A DNA stretch of 64,000 nucleotides. Origin: Anaeramoeba ignava BMAN. Taxonomy: Eukaryota; Protista; Anaeramoebae. The DNA is taken from NCBI GenBank assembly GCA_028826165.1, contig JAPDFW010000078.1, forward strand, positions 124,001 to 188,000, given 5' to 3'. This document shows, piece after piece, positions 50,601 through 63,927 of this stretch. The translations under genes were made by a program, and so were the position numbers. How positions within the stretch are numbered: the stretch's first letter is position 1; each line of letters begins with the position of its first letter. Below the pieces are notes generated by a model. It made no database searches. It was not told where the DNA came from and saw nothing but the letters and a program-made list of their open reading frames with translations.

Positions 50601-52088
50601 CAAAATGAAATGAAAATTGAAAATCAAAAAATCGTTTCTTCTCCAATTTCCAAAAAATCCACATTAATAGATCCCATTTCAATATACTCTAAAAAACTAA
50701 ATATTTTTTATCAATCAAAAAACTTCACAAAAGCTCAAGAATTAATTGAAATTTTGACTCAATCATTCCCAAAAATTCAACAGTTTCATTTCGACAAAAT
50801 CATTTGTAAATACAAAGAAATGGAAATTAACAACAAAAACAACATAGATTCAAAGGAATTAGTAAATCAATCAATAACACTTTTCCAAGAATTTATTCCA
50901 TCTTCAAAATTTATAGAAGATTTTTCATTCCATTTAATAAATTCGAAGCAATATTCTTTATATATTGAATTTTCAACTGAATTGGAAAAAAAATTCCAAA
51001 TAATTCCAAAAGAAACACTGTTATTTACTCAAATATTCCGATTGCTTACTCAAATATTTATTCCTTTCCAAAACAATTATCCTTTTCCAAAACAAATTCA
51101 ACAACAACAACAACAACAACCACCTTTTGACATGGAATTGGAAAAGGAAATTCAAAACAACATTCATTTATTCCGAGAATTTTGGAAAATGATGTTCAAG
51201 CAAAATGTTTCTGAACAAACAAATGGATACCAATTATTTTTTGAACAAGAATCACTTTTCCCGTTGAAAAATATTGCATTTATTGAATTTATCATTTCAC
51301 TTGGAGCAAATGCATTGCATTTTCTAAAGTCAGGAAGACAAATTTCTGTGGATTTGTTTGCGTTATCTCGTTATGGATATTTAGCAACTTTACTTCCGAA
51401 ATTTGAAAATCAAATTTTTGAATTAGAAAATCTCCACAATTTAATTTCTCCAAATAGCGAACCAAGTTTGATCAGATTTACACGCAAATCATTAAAGAAA
51501 GCAATTGTCTGTTATCAAGAAATGAGACGGGAGCAAGAAATAGAAATGACAGAAAATCAGGAATATTTATATCATGTCTGTCTTGGTGATGTATATTTCT
51601 CAAATGCAGATTATTTCAAGGCAATTTCTTCTTATATTTCAGCCTCTTTCCGTTTGTCCAAAATGTTCCAAAATCAAGACCATCTTCTCAAATCAATATT
51701 TGTTGGCTCAACAGTTTTGGAACCACTTGTTTTCTCTTTAAAAACAATTGGAGCTGATAGTTATGTTGCCATTTTGTCTCAATTTACAGAACCTGTTGAT
51801 TATTCGCTTGCTTTCAAATCAATCAAACAAGTTGCTCAAGGTTTTGAACCTCGTATTTTCCAGTTTTTCTGGGATACTACAATTCTCGAAATGCTTGCAA
51901 ATTATCATAAGTCTCTTGGTTTTGATGATTTAGTTGAAAAAATCAATATCTTGATTGCTCAGAAAGAAAGAAATAAACACAATCCTCAAGAAATTCGTTT
52001 GAAATTTATAAATCGTTTGAAAGTTTTTGTTTTCAAAGAACTTTTCAATTCTTTTTGCTCTTTTTCTTCTGATTCTCAATTAAAATAA
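47674..52088 (+). CDS. INTS8: Integrator complex subunit 8 homologue, 3 exons
   Basis: Exons 47674-47721, 47814-47960 and 49368-52088 are in frame. The C-terminus matches the INTS8 signature (VAILSQF..VDYSLAFKSI...FFWDTTILEMLA.YH...ERN.HNP.EI). Confidence 0.78.
47980..49320. repeat. Intronic modular minisatellite (TTCAAGATTTAAATTTAA core) in INTS8 intron 2
   Basis: Dozens of cores, each followed by either a short tttatttta linker or a long aaaatatcaaaca(g/a)atttatttta linker. Confidence 0.9.
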
Positions 52089-52197
52089 AAATAAAAATAA
52101 AAATTAAAGATAAATTAAAAAAGTCCCGAAAAGTAAAAAAAATTTTTTACTCTTTTAAAAAAAAAATTTTTTTAATTTGATTAAGTAATTGAAATTT

Positions 52198-53936
52198 TTA
52201 TAAAAAATTTCTTAATTCTTCAAGAATTTTTCGATTTAAAAAAGCAACCATTTGAGAAGAAGGAAGAAAACCAAACAAAGAAAAAAACTCAAAGCAATTT
52301 GCATTTTTATGTTGAGGAACAAGTTGCTTTCTTAAATTTCTGTAAAAATTTGAAGAAAAAACTAAATTTCGAGAATTTTCAATAACAAATTCTTTATAAG
52401 GTTCAATTCTTTCATGATTTTCATCTTCAAACCAAAGTTGGTAAGAATAGAAAAATGGAGATGAATTTGAAATTGCATAAAGATTGCCATTATATAATGA
52501 TTTTTGAGCAAAATCACACACTTTCCAAAATTCTTGTTTGATATCATCTTTTGATAACAATTTTTGTTTAAAATCAAAGTGCACATTTTTCTTCCTCATT
52601 TTCTTTGGTATTTTTAATGAAAACCCACTAATTTTTGGTTTAACCATTGTGTTTTTTGTGCGATTAATTAAAACAAAGTGCAAAATTCCTGGATATAATT
52701 TGATATAAGAAGAAATTGTGAATTCTGGAATTGGAAGAATATTCAAATAGTTTCTGATTGTAAATTTGAATTTCTCAGCAATTTCTCTCATTTTTTTTCT
52801 TTGAGCTTCTTGTGCAATTTCTTGGTATTCAGGATCAATTATAAAAACTAAAAATAGTGAATCCATAAGTTTTGCTGAATAAACAGGAAAAGATTGTTCT
52901 TCTGGTTGAGAGAAATACAGCATTTCTTGAGAATCATGTAAAATTGATCTATATTCAAGACTTTGAGCATTATTTGAAATCAAGTTTTCGTCTTTTTCTT
53001 TTTCTTTTTCTTTTCTATTTTTATATTTTTATATTTTAATATTTTAATATTTATTTAATATTTTAATATTTATTTAATATTTAAATATTTTTATATTTTA
53101 TACTCATCATCTTGTTCTTGTTGCACTTTTTCATGAAGAAATGAACTTGTGGAAATCATACTATCATTCATATCAACTTCCAAATCAGAATTATCACTAG
53201 TTTTTTCATTTTCTAAAGCAAATTGATCAACAAATTTATCATCACTATTTTCCGTTTTAGATTTCTTTTTAAAATTATCTTCAAAATGAAATAAACTTTC
53301 CAAATAAATCATTAAATTCAAAAGATCATTTTCATTCACAATCAATTTATGTTTTTTTTTAGATTTGACTTGAGATAAAATCTTAAGATCAGAAAACAAA
53401 AAAGCTTGCAAAATACCATCATTTTGATAAACAGTGTCTTGCAAAAAAGTATGGAATTGAACATATAAAGATTTATTTCGAGTTGCCTCCAAAGAATGGA
53501 GTCTAAAATTCTGGAAATTATCACACAAATAATTATAACTGTGAATTAATTTATGGATTTCTTGTTTAACTGAAGCTTGAATTTGTCGAGATTGTTGAAG
53601 ATTTTTGAAATATTCTTTTCCAAATCGAAAAAGGAAAATATTATGAATTATATTTAGTTGATGAATTGAAAAAATAAATGGTTCTTCCTTTGTTGTCAAA
53701 ACTAAAAAAATCACATTGTCAAAATTAATTGTAATTAAACTTGATTTTTCTGCTTTTATAATTTCTAATTTTTCATTTAATTTGTGAAGAATTGTATTGC
53801 ATGTTAAAAATGGTAAAATTAATGCATCATATCTTATTTCTTTTAAATCCCATTTCCTTTTTTTTGCTTGTTGGGGATCAAGTTGTTGATGAAAAATTGG
53901 AAGACCTAATTCATTTGTAATATGAAATCTTTTCAT
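52198..53936 (-). CDS. HPS1: HPS1 (BLOC-3 subunit, tri-longin family) homologue, 2 exons
   Basis: Exons 53936-53104 and 53014-52198 splice in frame. N-terminal longin start (FHITNELGLPIF). C-terminal HPS1-type motifs YPGILHFVLINRT..MV.P, FFYSYQLWFED and FYRNL...CFEFFSL. Confidence 0.8.
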
Positions 53937-53994
53937 TTTTATTATTAATTAATTAAAAAAGAAAAAAAATGAAAAAAAATAAAATTAAATTAAA

Positions 53995-54290
53995 TTAAAA
54001 AGATTTTCTCCTTTTTTTTTTTTTAATTAAATTTTCTCCTTTTTTACGTTAAAAAAAAATAAAATTAAAACTTAGAATTAAACTTAGAATTAAATTTCGA
54101 AATTATTCCTTTTAATAAATTTAATCAAAAATGGTCAAAATTCTTTTTATTTTTCTTTTGTTTAACGTTTTTTTTTTTTTAATTAATTAAATAATTAAAA
54201 AATTTTTTTTTGTTTTTTTTTTCAATTATATTTTTTCATTTTTTTTTCTTGTTGTTTCTTCTTCTTCTTTTTTTTTGGTTTTTTTTTTAA
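53995..54290. promoter_or_regulatory. Short bidirectional promoter region (HPS1 / ankyrin gene) with TTCTCCTTT and TCATTT motifs
   Basis: About 350 bp between divergent ATGs. TTTTCTCCTTT at about 54004 and 54032; tttttcattttt at about 54233. The same motifs recur upstream of other genes in the window. Confidence 0.4.
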
Positions 54291-57200
54291 ATGGTAATAA
54301 AGAATAAATTTTAAATTTTAAATTTTAAATTTTAATTTTAATTTTTAATTTTAATTTTAGTCTAACAAATTAATTGAAGCGATCAAATCAGGAGATATTA
54401 AACTTATAGAAGAACTTATTAAGAATGGAACTAATGTTAAAGTTTTTGATGTAAAAAAAAAATTTTTTTAATTTAAAAAAAATTTAAATTCATTTTAAAA
54501 AAGAAAGAATAATTAAAAAATATTTTAATATTTTATTCTACTTTTTATTTCCAATATAATTTCTTTTTCCTAAATTTCTCTTCTTCTCTTTTTTTTTATT
54601 ACAGGAAGTAATTATTTTAGTTAATCAAGAAAAATTAAATCAAATCAAATCAAATCAAATCTAAATTAAATTAAATTTCAAAAGAATGTAAAAAAAAAAC
54701 AAAAAGGAATTTTTAAGTTAAATGATTTAATATAAAAAAAATTATTATGATTAATTTTCATTTCATTTAGAAAATTACTCCATTGCATTATGCAAGTGGA
54801 TTAGAAATTGGACCTGAAATTATTCCTCTTCTTATTAATGCTGGAGCACGAGTTAATGCAATTGATGTGAATTTATATTTAAATTTATATTTAAATTTAA
54901 ATTTTTTTAATAAAAAAAAAATCTTTAATATTAATCATTTTAAATAGAAAGTATTTTCAAAAAAAGTTTAAAATGAAATTCAATCAAAAAAGATATATTT
55001 AAAAATTTATAAAAATCCCTTCAAATTTTTATAATTTGAAAACATTTTAGTTTGTAAATTTTTTTCATTTAATTTTTATTACAAAAAATTTTGTTTATAT
55101 TTTTTTTAAAAAAAATTTTTTAGAAAAATACTCCTTTACATTATGCTTTTGAAAGTAAATCTGCATTTGAGAATTCCAAATTACTCATTTCTGCAAATGC
55201 AAATGTGAATGCAATAAATGTAATTGGGATAAATATAAATATTTAAAATATAAATATAAATTCTATAATTTTTTTTAGATTGTAAAATTTTTTTTATAAC
55301 AAAGATATTTAAAATCAAATTTAAAATCAAATTTAAAATTAAATTTAAAATCAAATTTAAAATCAAATTTAAAATTAAATTTAAAATTAAATTTAAAATC
55401 AAATTTAAAATTAAATTTAAAATTAAATTTAAAATTAAATTTAAAATCAAATTTAAAATCAAATTTAAAATTAAATTTAAAATTAAATTTAAAATCAAAT
55501 TTAAAATTAAATTTAAAATCAAATTTAAAATTAAATTTAAAATCAAATTTAAAATCAAATTTAAAATCAAATTTAGCATCAAATTTAAAATTAAATTTAA
55601 AATCAAATTTAAAATCAAATTTAAAATCAAATTCTAAAATCAAATTTAAAATCAAATTTAAAATCAAATTTAAAATCAAATTTAAAATCAAATTCAAAAT
55701 CAAATTTAAAATCAAATTTAAAATCAAATTTAAAATCAAATTCAAAATCAAATTTAAAATCAAATTCAAAATCAAATTTAAAATCAAATTTAAAATTAAA
55801 TTTAAAATCAAATTCAAAATCAAATTTAAAATCAAATTTAAAATTAAATTTAAAATTAAATTTAGCATGTAAATTAATATATAAATCAAAAAAAAAAAAT
55901 AATAATTGAATAATTTGTTTACTTTTTGCATCATTTTTATATCAAAATAGAAAGCAACTCCTCTTCATTATGCTTGTGAAAATGGAATGGAATTTAAAAT
56001 TATACAATTATTACTTGAAGCAAAAGCTCAAACTGATATAATTAATGTAATTAAAAAATTTGAAAGAAAAAGAATTTTTTAATTTTTATTTTTTAATTTT
56101 CTTAATTTTAAAATAGGATGTTTGTTTTATTATTTTATAATCATTGTTCAATAATTTTTTTTTTTACATTCTGTAAATTATTTAATGTTAAATTTTTATT
56201 CATTTCAATTATTTTTTTTTAGGATGTAAATTTAATAATTTTCAGAAAAAAATATTTTTGTTTAAAAATATAAATTATTTTAAAAATAAAAAGAATAATC
56301 ATCCTTTAAATTGTGCGATTATTGGAGGATGTGAGAATGAAATAATTAATGCTTTAATATCTGCTAATTCTCCAGTGAATCTACCTGAAAATGTAAATTA
56401 AATTTTATTTTTAAATAAAAAAATATTTTGTTTGATTTATTCTTTTTTTTCGAAATAAAAAAGAGCATTCCACCACTTCAATTAGCTTTAAAGAATAAAA
56501 GAGATATAGATATTATTAAATCTTTGATTGTTGCTGGAGCAAATATTAACTCTAGAGATGTATTTAATTAAAATTTAATTTTTTATATTTAATTGAAATT
56601 TAATTTTTTATATTTAATTGAAATTTAATTTTTTATATTTAATTGAAATTTTAGTCAGTAATAAATTTTATTTTAACTCAAAGAAAAAAAGATTTTTTTT
56701 TAATTTTTAATTTTTAATTTTTAATTTTTAATTTTTAATTTTTAATTTTTAATTTTTAATTTTTAATTTTTAATTTTTAATTTTTAATTTTTAATTTTTA
56801 ATTTTTAATTTTTAATTTTTAATTTTTAATTTTTAATTTTTAATTTTTAATTTAGCTTGTAAATATTTTTTTTTGAAAATTTTATTATGAATAAATAAAT
56901 ATTTATTTAAATTTAAATAGATGAATACGCCTCTTCATGAGGCTTGTAATACTAAATGTTCCTCAGAGATCTTGAAACTTCTCATATCATTAGGAAGTGA
57001 TGTTAATGCAATAAATGTAAATTTATTATATCGAAAAATTCTTTTAAAAAGTTTTTCTTTTCATTAAATTTATTTTTTTTTATTGAATATTAATTTTAGG
57101 ATGTAAATTTAAAAAAAAAATGAAATTATTTATTTTTATATCAATATTTTCTTTTTCTTTTTAGTTTGTAAATATTTCATTTCATTTTATTTTATTTAGT

Positions 57201-59077
57201 AATTTTGATCTAAAAAAATATTCCTAACTTTCTTTTTTTTGAAAAAAAAAAATAATAAAAATAATAATATATGTATATATAAAATATAAAGGAATTATCT
57301 CCTCTTCATATTTTAATTGAAAATGATATAGATTTTTCTGTTGTTGAAATGATTCTTGATTCCGGTGCTGATGTTACATTAACATCTGTATTAATAATTG
57401 ATAATAATAAAAAATAATAATTATAAAAATTAATTTGAAAAAATTTTTTTGTTATTTTTAGTACGTAAATTATTTTACAATAAAAAAAATTAATTATTAT
57501 TAAAAATTTTAAATTATTTTATTTTTATTTCTAGGATGTTTGAATTAAAATATTTTTTTTAGAATGAAAATAATCTTGATTTATTTAAATTTTTTGTTTT
57601 AAAAAAATGTTTTAGAGAAGAACTGTTCTTCATTATGCTTGTATGAAGAAGGTTCCACTTGTGATTATTCAGAAAATACTACAAAATGGAGCTGATGTTA
57701 ATGCAACTGATGTAAATTTATTTTAATTTTAATTTTAATTTTTAATTTTTAATTTTTAATTTTTAATTTTTAATTTTTAATTTTTAATTTTTAATTTTTA
57801 ATTTTTAATTTTTAATTTTTAATTTTTAATTTTTAATTTTTAATTTTTAATAGGATGTAAAAATTTATTATTATTTAAAAAAATTTTTGATTTTATAATT
57901 TATTTATATAATTTATTTTAGTTCAATAATACACCACTTCATGCAGCTTGTCAATGGAATGCTCCACTTGATAATATTAAATTGTTATTAGATTCTGCTT
58001 CTGATGTTAATGCAACAAATGTAAAAATATTTTTATTTTTTGAATTTGTTATTTTTATTTTTATTTTTATTTTTATTTTTTTTAGCGAGTCGTAAAATTT
58101 GTTTTTTATATTTAAAATTAGAATTTTAAAAAAAAAACTTTATTTAATGATTTTAGAAAGATACACCTCTTCATTGTGCTTGTAGAGGTGAGACAATACC
58201 TGATGTTATTGATTTACTTGTTTCTTATGGAGCTGATCCAAATTCTCGAGCTGTAAAAAATTAAATTAAAAAATTAAATTAAATATAAAATATAAAATAT
58301 AAAAATATAAATATTAAAAAATATAAAAATATAAAAATATAAAAATATAAAAATAAAAATATTAAAAATATAAAATATAAAATATAAAATATAAAATATA
58401 AAAATATAAAAATATAAATATAGGCTGTAATTTTGTTTAATTAAATTTATTTTTGTATTTTTATTAATTTTTATTACTTTTTTTAGTGGGTTTGAAAAAA
58501 TGAAAATTTAAAAAATTTTTTCTTCAATTTGGATTAGATGTTTATTATTTTTATTATGATTTTTTTTTCAATCATTAGGATAAAACTCCACTTCATATTG
58601 CATGTGAATATAATTCATCAATTGATGTAATTGAAGCTTTATTAAAGAATGGTGCTCGTGTTGATGCTGAAGATGTAATTAATTTTATTTGTTTTAATTA
58701 ATATGATTTATTTATTTTAATTTTTAAATATAATTTAGATTGTAATTTTGATTTCTATTTAATTTATCAAATTAATTTAATTTAATTTAATTTAATTTAA
58801 TTTAATTTATTTTTAGGATGTAAATTTTAATTTTAATTTTAAATTTTAATTTTAATTTTAATTTTAATTTTGATTTTAATTTTAATTTTAATTTTAATTT
58901 TAATTTTGATTTAAATTTTAATTTTAATTTTAATTTTAATTTTAATTTTAATTTTAATTTTAATTTTGATTTAAATTTTAATTTTAATTTTAATTTTAAT
59001 TTTAATTTTAATTTTAGGGAAAAACTCCAATTCAATTTACTCAAGATGGAGAAATTATGAAAGTTTTGCAGAAATAA
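54291..59077 (+). CDS. Ankyrin-repeat protein (about 12 repeats, about 425 aa) encoded by 34 phase-0 exons, including 20 microexons
   Basis: ATG exon 54291-54293. Repeat exons 54361-54450, 54771-54866, 55124-55219, 55951-56046, 56294-56392, 56464-56559, 56921-57016, 57292-57387, 57616-57711, 57922-58020, 58157-58252, 58579-58674 and 59018-59077, with xxTPLH.A.......I..LL..GA.VNA.D pattern. All are bounded by AG/GT. Not in the ORF track. Confidence 0.9.
54605..58819 (+). other. Set of AG-NNN-GT microexons in the ankyrin gene
   Basis: GAA 54605, AAT 54685; AAA 54948, TTT 55051; ATT 55279, CAT 55866; GAT 56117, GAT 56223; TCA 56655, CTT 56856; GAT 57100, TTT 57165; TAC 57462, GAT 57535; GAT 57854; CGAGTC 58086; GCT 58424, TGG 58487; ATT 58739, GAT 58817. 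Confidence 0.85.
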
Positions 59078-59635
59078 ATTTAGGTTTTGTGATAATTTTT
59101 CAAGTTCCAAAAATTATAAATTTTTCTTTTTTCTTTTTCTTCATTTTAATTTTTCATGTGTTTTTAAAACAATTTCTTCATTCATTCTTAAAAGAAAAAT
59201 CCTTTTTATCTTTTTCAAAAACATCAAATAAAAATCATTTTAACCAAAAATTTTTGTTTTTCTTTTTAATTTTAATTTTAATTTTAATTTTAATTTTAAT
59301 AAAAATTTTAATTTGGAAAAATTTGAAAATTTGAAATTAAAAAATTTTAATTTTAATTTTAATTTTAATTTTAATTTTGATTTTAATTTTATAAAAACAA
59401 TTTAAAAATAAAATAAATAAATTATAAATAAAATATATAAAAAGTTTTGCAGAAATAAATTTAGGTTTTGTGATAATTTTTCAAGTTCCAAAATTATAAA
59501 GAATTTTTTCTTTTTCTTTTTCTTTTTCTTCATTTTAATTTTTCATGTGTTTTTTAAACAAATTTCTTAATTCATTCTTAAAGAAAAATCCTTTTTTATC
59601 TTTTTTCAAAACATCAAATAAAAATCATTTTATAA
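59061..59635 (+). repeat. About 190-bp direct duplication of the ankyrin gene's last codons and 3' UTR
   Basis: aagttttgcagaaataaatttaggttttgtgataat...acatcaaataaaaatcatttt occurs at about 59061-59241 and about 59442-59631. Confidence 0.85.
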
Positions 59636-59769
59636 AAAAAAAAAAAAATTTGTTTTTCTTCATTGCAAAATTGAAAAAAAAATTGAAAGAAAGAAATCAA
59701 AATTTGATAAAAATTGAAGAATTTGGAAAAATTTGAAAAGATTTGAAAGATAAAAAGTAGTAAATGAAT

Positions 59770-61875
<2,106 letters not shown>

Positions 61876-62021
61876 TTAAAAGGAAAAAAAAGTAAGTAAA
61901 AAAGTAAGTAAAAAAGAAACTAAAGAAAAAAGAAAAATGAAAAATAAAAATAATTAAAAATTTTTTTTTCATTTTTTTTTCATTTTTTTTTTTAATTTTT
62001 TTTTTTTAATTAATATTAAAT

Positions 62022-62662
62022 ATGATCAAAGCAGTTATAGTTGTTAATAATCATGGAAAACCTCGATTTATAAAATTTTATGATGAAATTCCAGAAGAAA
62101 AAAGAATTAAATTAGTGAAAGAAGTATTTCAAAAAATAACTCAAAGAGGTGATGTTTTATGTAATTTTTTAGATGGAAGTAAGTTAATAAATAATTTATT
62201 ATTGATTATTTTTTTATTTAAAAAAAAAAAAGGAGAAAAAAAAATTAAAAGGAGAAAATTTTTTATGAATCAAAAAAATACACAAAACAAAAACAATAAC
62301 TAGCACATGTGTCCACAGAAATCGCGGATTGGAGTTCAGATATCAAATTTGTTTATCGACACTTTGCAACACTTTATTTTATTTTTGTTATTGATTCATC
62401 AGAAAGTGAACTTGGAACTTTAGATTTAATACAAGTTTTTGTTGAGGCACTTGATCAAGCATTCGAAAATATATGCGAACTAGATATTATCTTTCATCCT
62501 GATCGAGTTTTGTATATTTTAGACCAAATGATTATGGGCGGGCTTGTTTTCGAAACTGATATTAAACAAATCGTTTTTATTTCAGAGGAATGTGATAGAC
62601 TTGCTGATGAAGCAAAGATTAAAGGGCAGGGAAGGGATAAAGATCCTTCTTTCAGGAAATAA
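62022..62662 (+). CDS. AP3S: AP-3 complex sigma subunit, 2 exons
   Basis: Exon 62022-62178, then 62304 (or 62319)-62662. MIKAVIVVNNHGKPRFIKFY, VLCNFLDG, VYRHFATLYFIF.IDSSESELGTLDLIQVFVEALDQAFENICELDIIFH are sigma-3 specific. Confidence 0.93.
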
Positions 62663-62965
62663 GAATTAGAAGTTAAAATTTCCATTCAAAAATTTAATTG
62701 AAAAACTTTTTTAATTTTTGAAACATTTTTTAAACATTTTTTAAACATTTTTTAAACATTTTTTAAATTAAATTTTTAGAGAAGAAATTTTGAATTTAAA
62801 AAGAATTTAAAATTTAGAAATAATTTAAAATTTAGAAATACTTTAAAATTTAGAAATAATTTAAATAAAGAAAAATAATTTAAATAAAGAAAAAGAATTG
62901 AAAAATTTTTTTAATTTAAAAAAAAGTGAAAAAAATTATTCGCTAAAAAAAATGTCAAAAAAAAA

Positions 62966-63927
62966 TTAGCAAATTGAACCATGATTTGAATAAAATAAAG
63001 ATTCAACATAATAACGGAAATTAATAGATCGACAAAATAAAGTACCAGTTGGACAACTAAAAGAATCACTGTTAACATTATTAGCGATATTAAACAAATC
63101 AAAAGCAGCATTAATACCCCAAGCAAATTCCTTCTTAACATCATTAAGAGTTGCATCAAAATTCCCACGAGAACAATAATCTTCTTGAATCATATTAGTT
63201 TTATAATAAGGGATTTCTTTTGTGAGATTTTGAACATAAACTGGAAATTCAATTGAGGCTTGTGTTGTTACGTTTAAAAGTGTTGTTGAATCCCATTCTG
63301 AACCTCCCCACCAAAATGAAAGTGTTTGATAGTAACTTTGTGATACTGCTACTACAAAGTTAATTAATCCATTTGGGATATTTGGTAATGTTATTATTTC
63401 TGGTAATTGTATTGCAAGTTCATATGTATCAATATCAATTGTTGAATTTGTAAATCCTGTTGAAAAACTAAATGGATGAGCGGAAACACTTTCAACTTAA
63501 ATTTAAATTTTAAATTCAATTTTAATTTTAATTTTAAATTCAAAATAAATTTTAATTTTAATTTTAAATTCAAAATAAATTTTAATTTCATTCAAAATAA
63601 ATTTTAATTACTCGCCATTCTTGCTAAACATCCTAAAGTAAAAGAAGTTGAATTGAAATCTTGAGTAATATATTGAGGATGAGCTTTAGCAAAATCAAAC
63701 ATAAATAAACCAAAATCTGTATCAGTTCCAAAAAGATAACCAAAAAAAGAACCAAGAAGAAAAGATTTTTGATTTATTGTTTGAGTGCAATTAACCCAAT
63801 CATTCTTAAATGGAAAATCTTGGTTCATTTTTGCAAGAATTTCACAACCAAGAGTTAAATGAGTATAATTTCCAAAACAAGAAACAAAACTAATAAAACC
63901 AATTAAAAAAATTAATTCAATTTTCAT
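62966..63927 (-). CDS. Secreted protein, weakly resembling the Zn-dependent phospholipase C / GPI-PLD N-terminal fold, 2 exons
   Basis: Signal peptide MKIELIFLIGFISFVSC. Exons 63927-63612 and 63495-62966 splice in frame. FGNYTH and SFLLGSFF resemble this family, but other metal ligands are not evident. Confidence 0.55.

Noticed and set aside
55571-55580. Second TTTAG-CAT copy as an alternative microexon
   Set aside because: Followed by CA rather than GT; a by-product of the local repeat duplication.
55181-55934. LNLI/FKFD antisense ORFs
   Set aside because: Translation of the 12-mer intronic repeat inside the ankyrin gene.
58536-58541. AG-AT-GT as a third (2-nt) microexon
   Set aside because: It would break the frame, the flanking introns would be under 50 nt, and the two 3-nt exons already complete the repeat.
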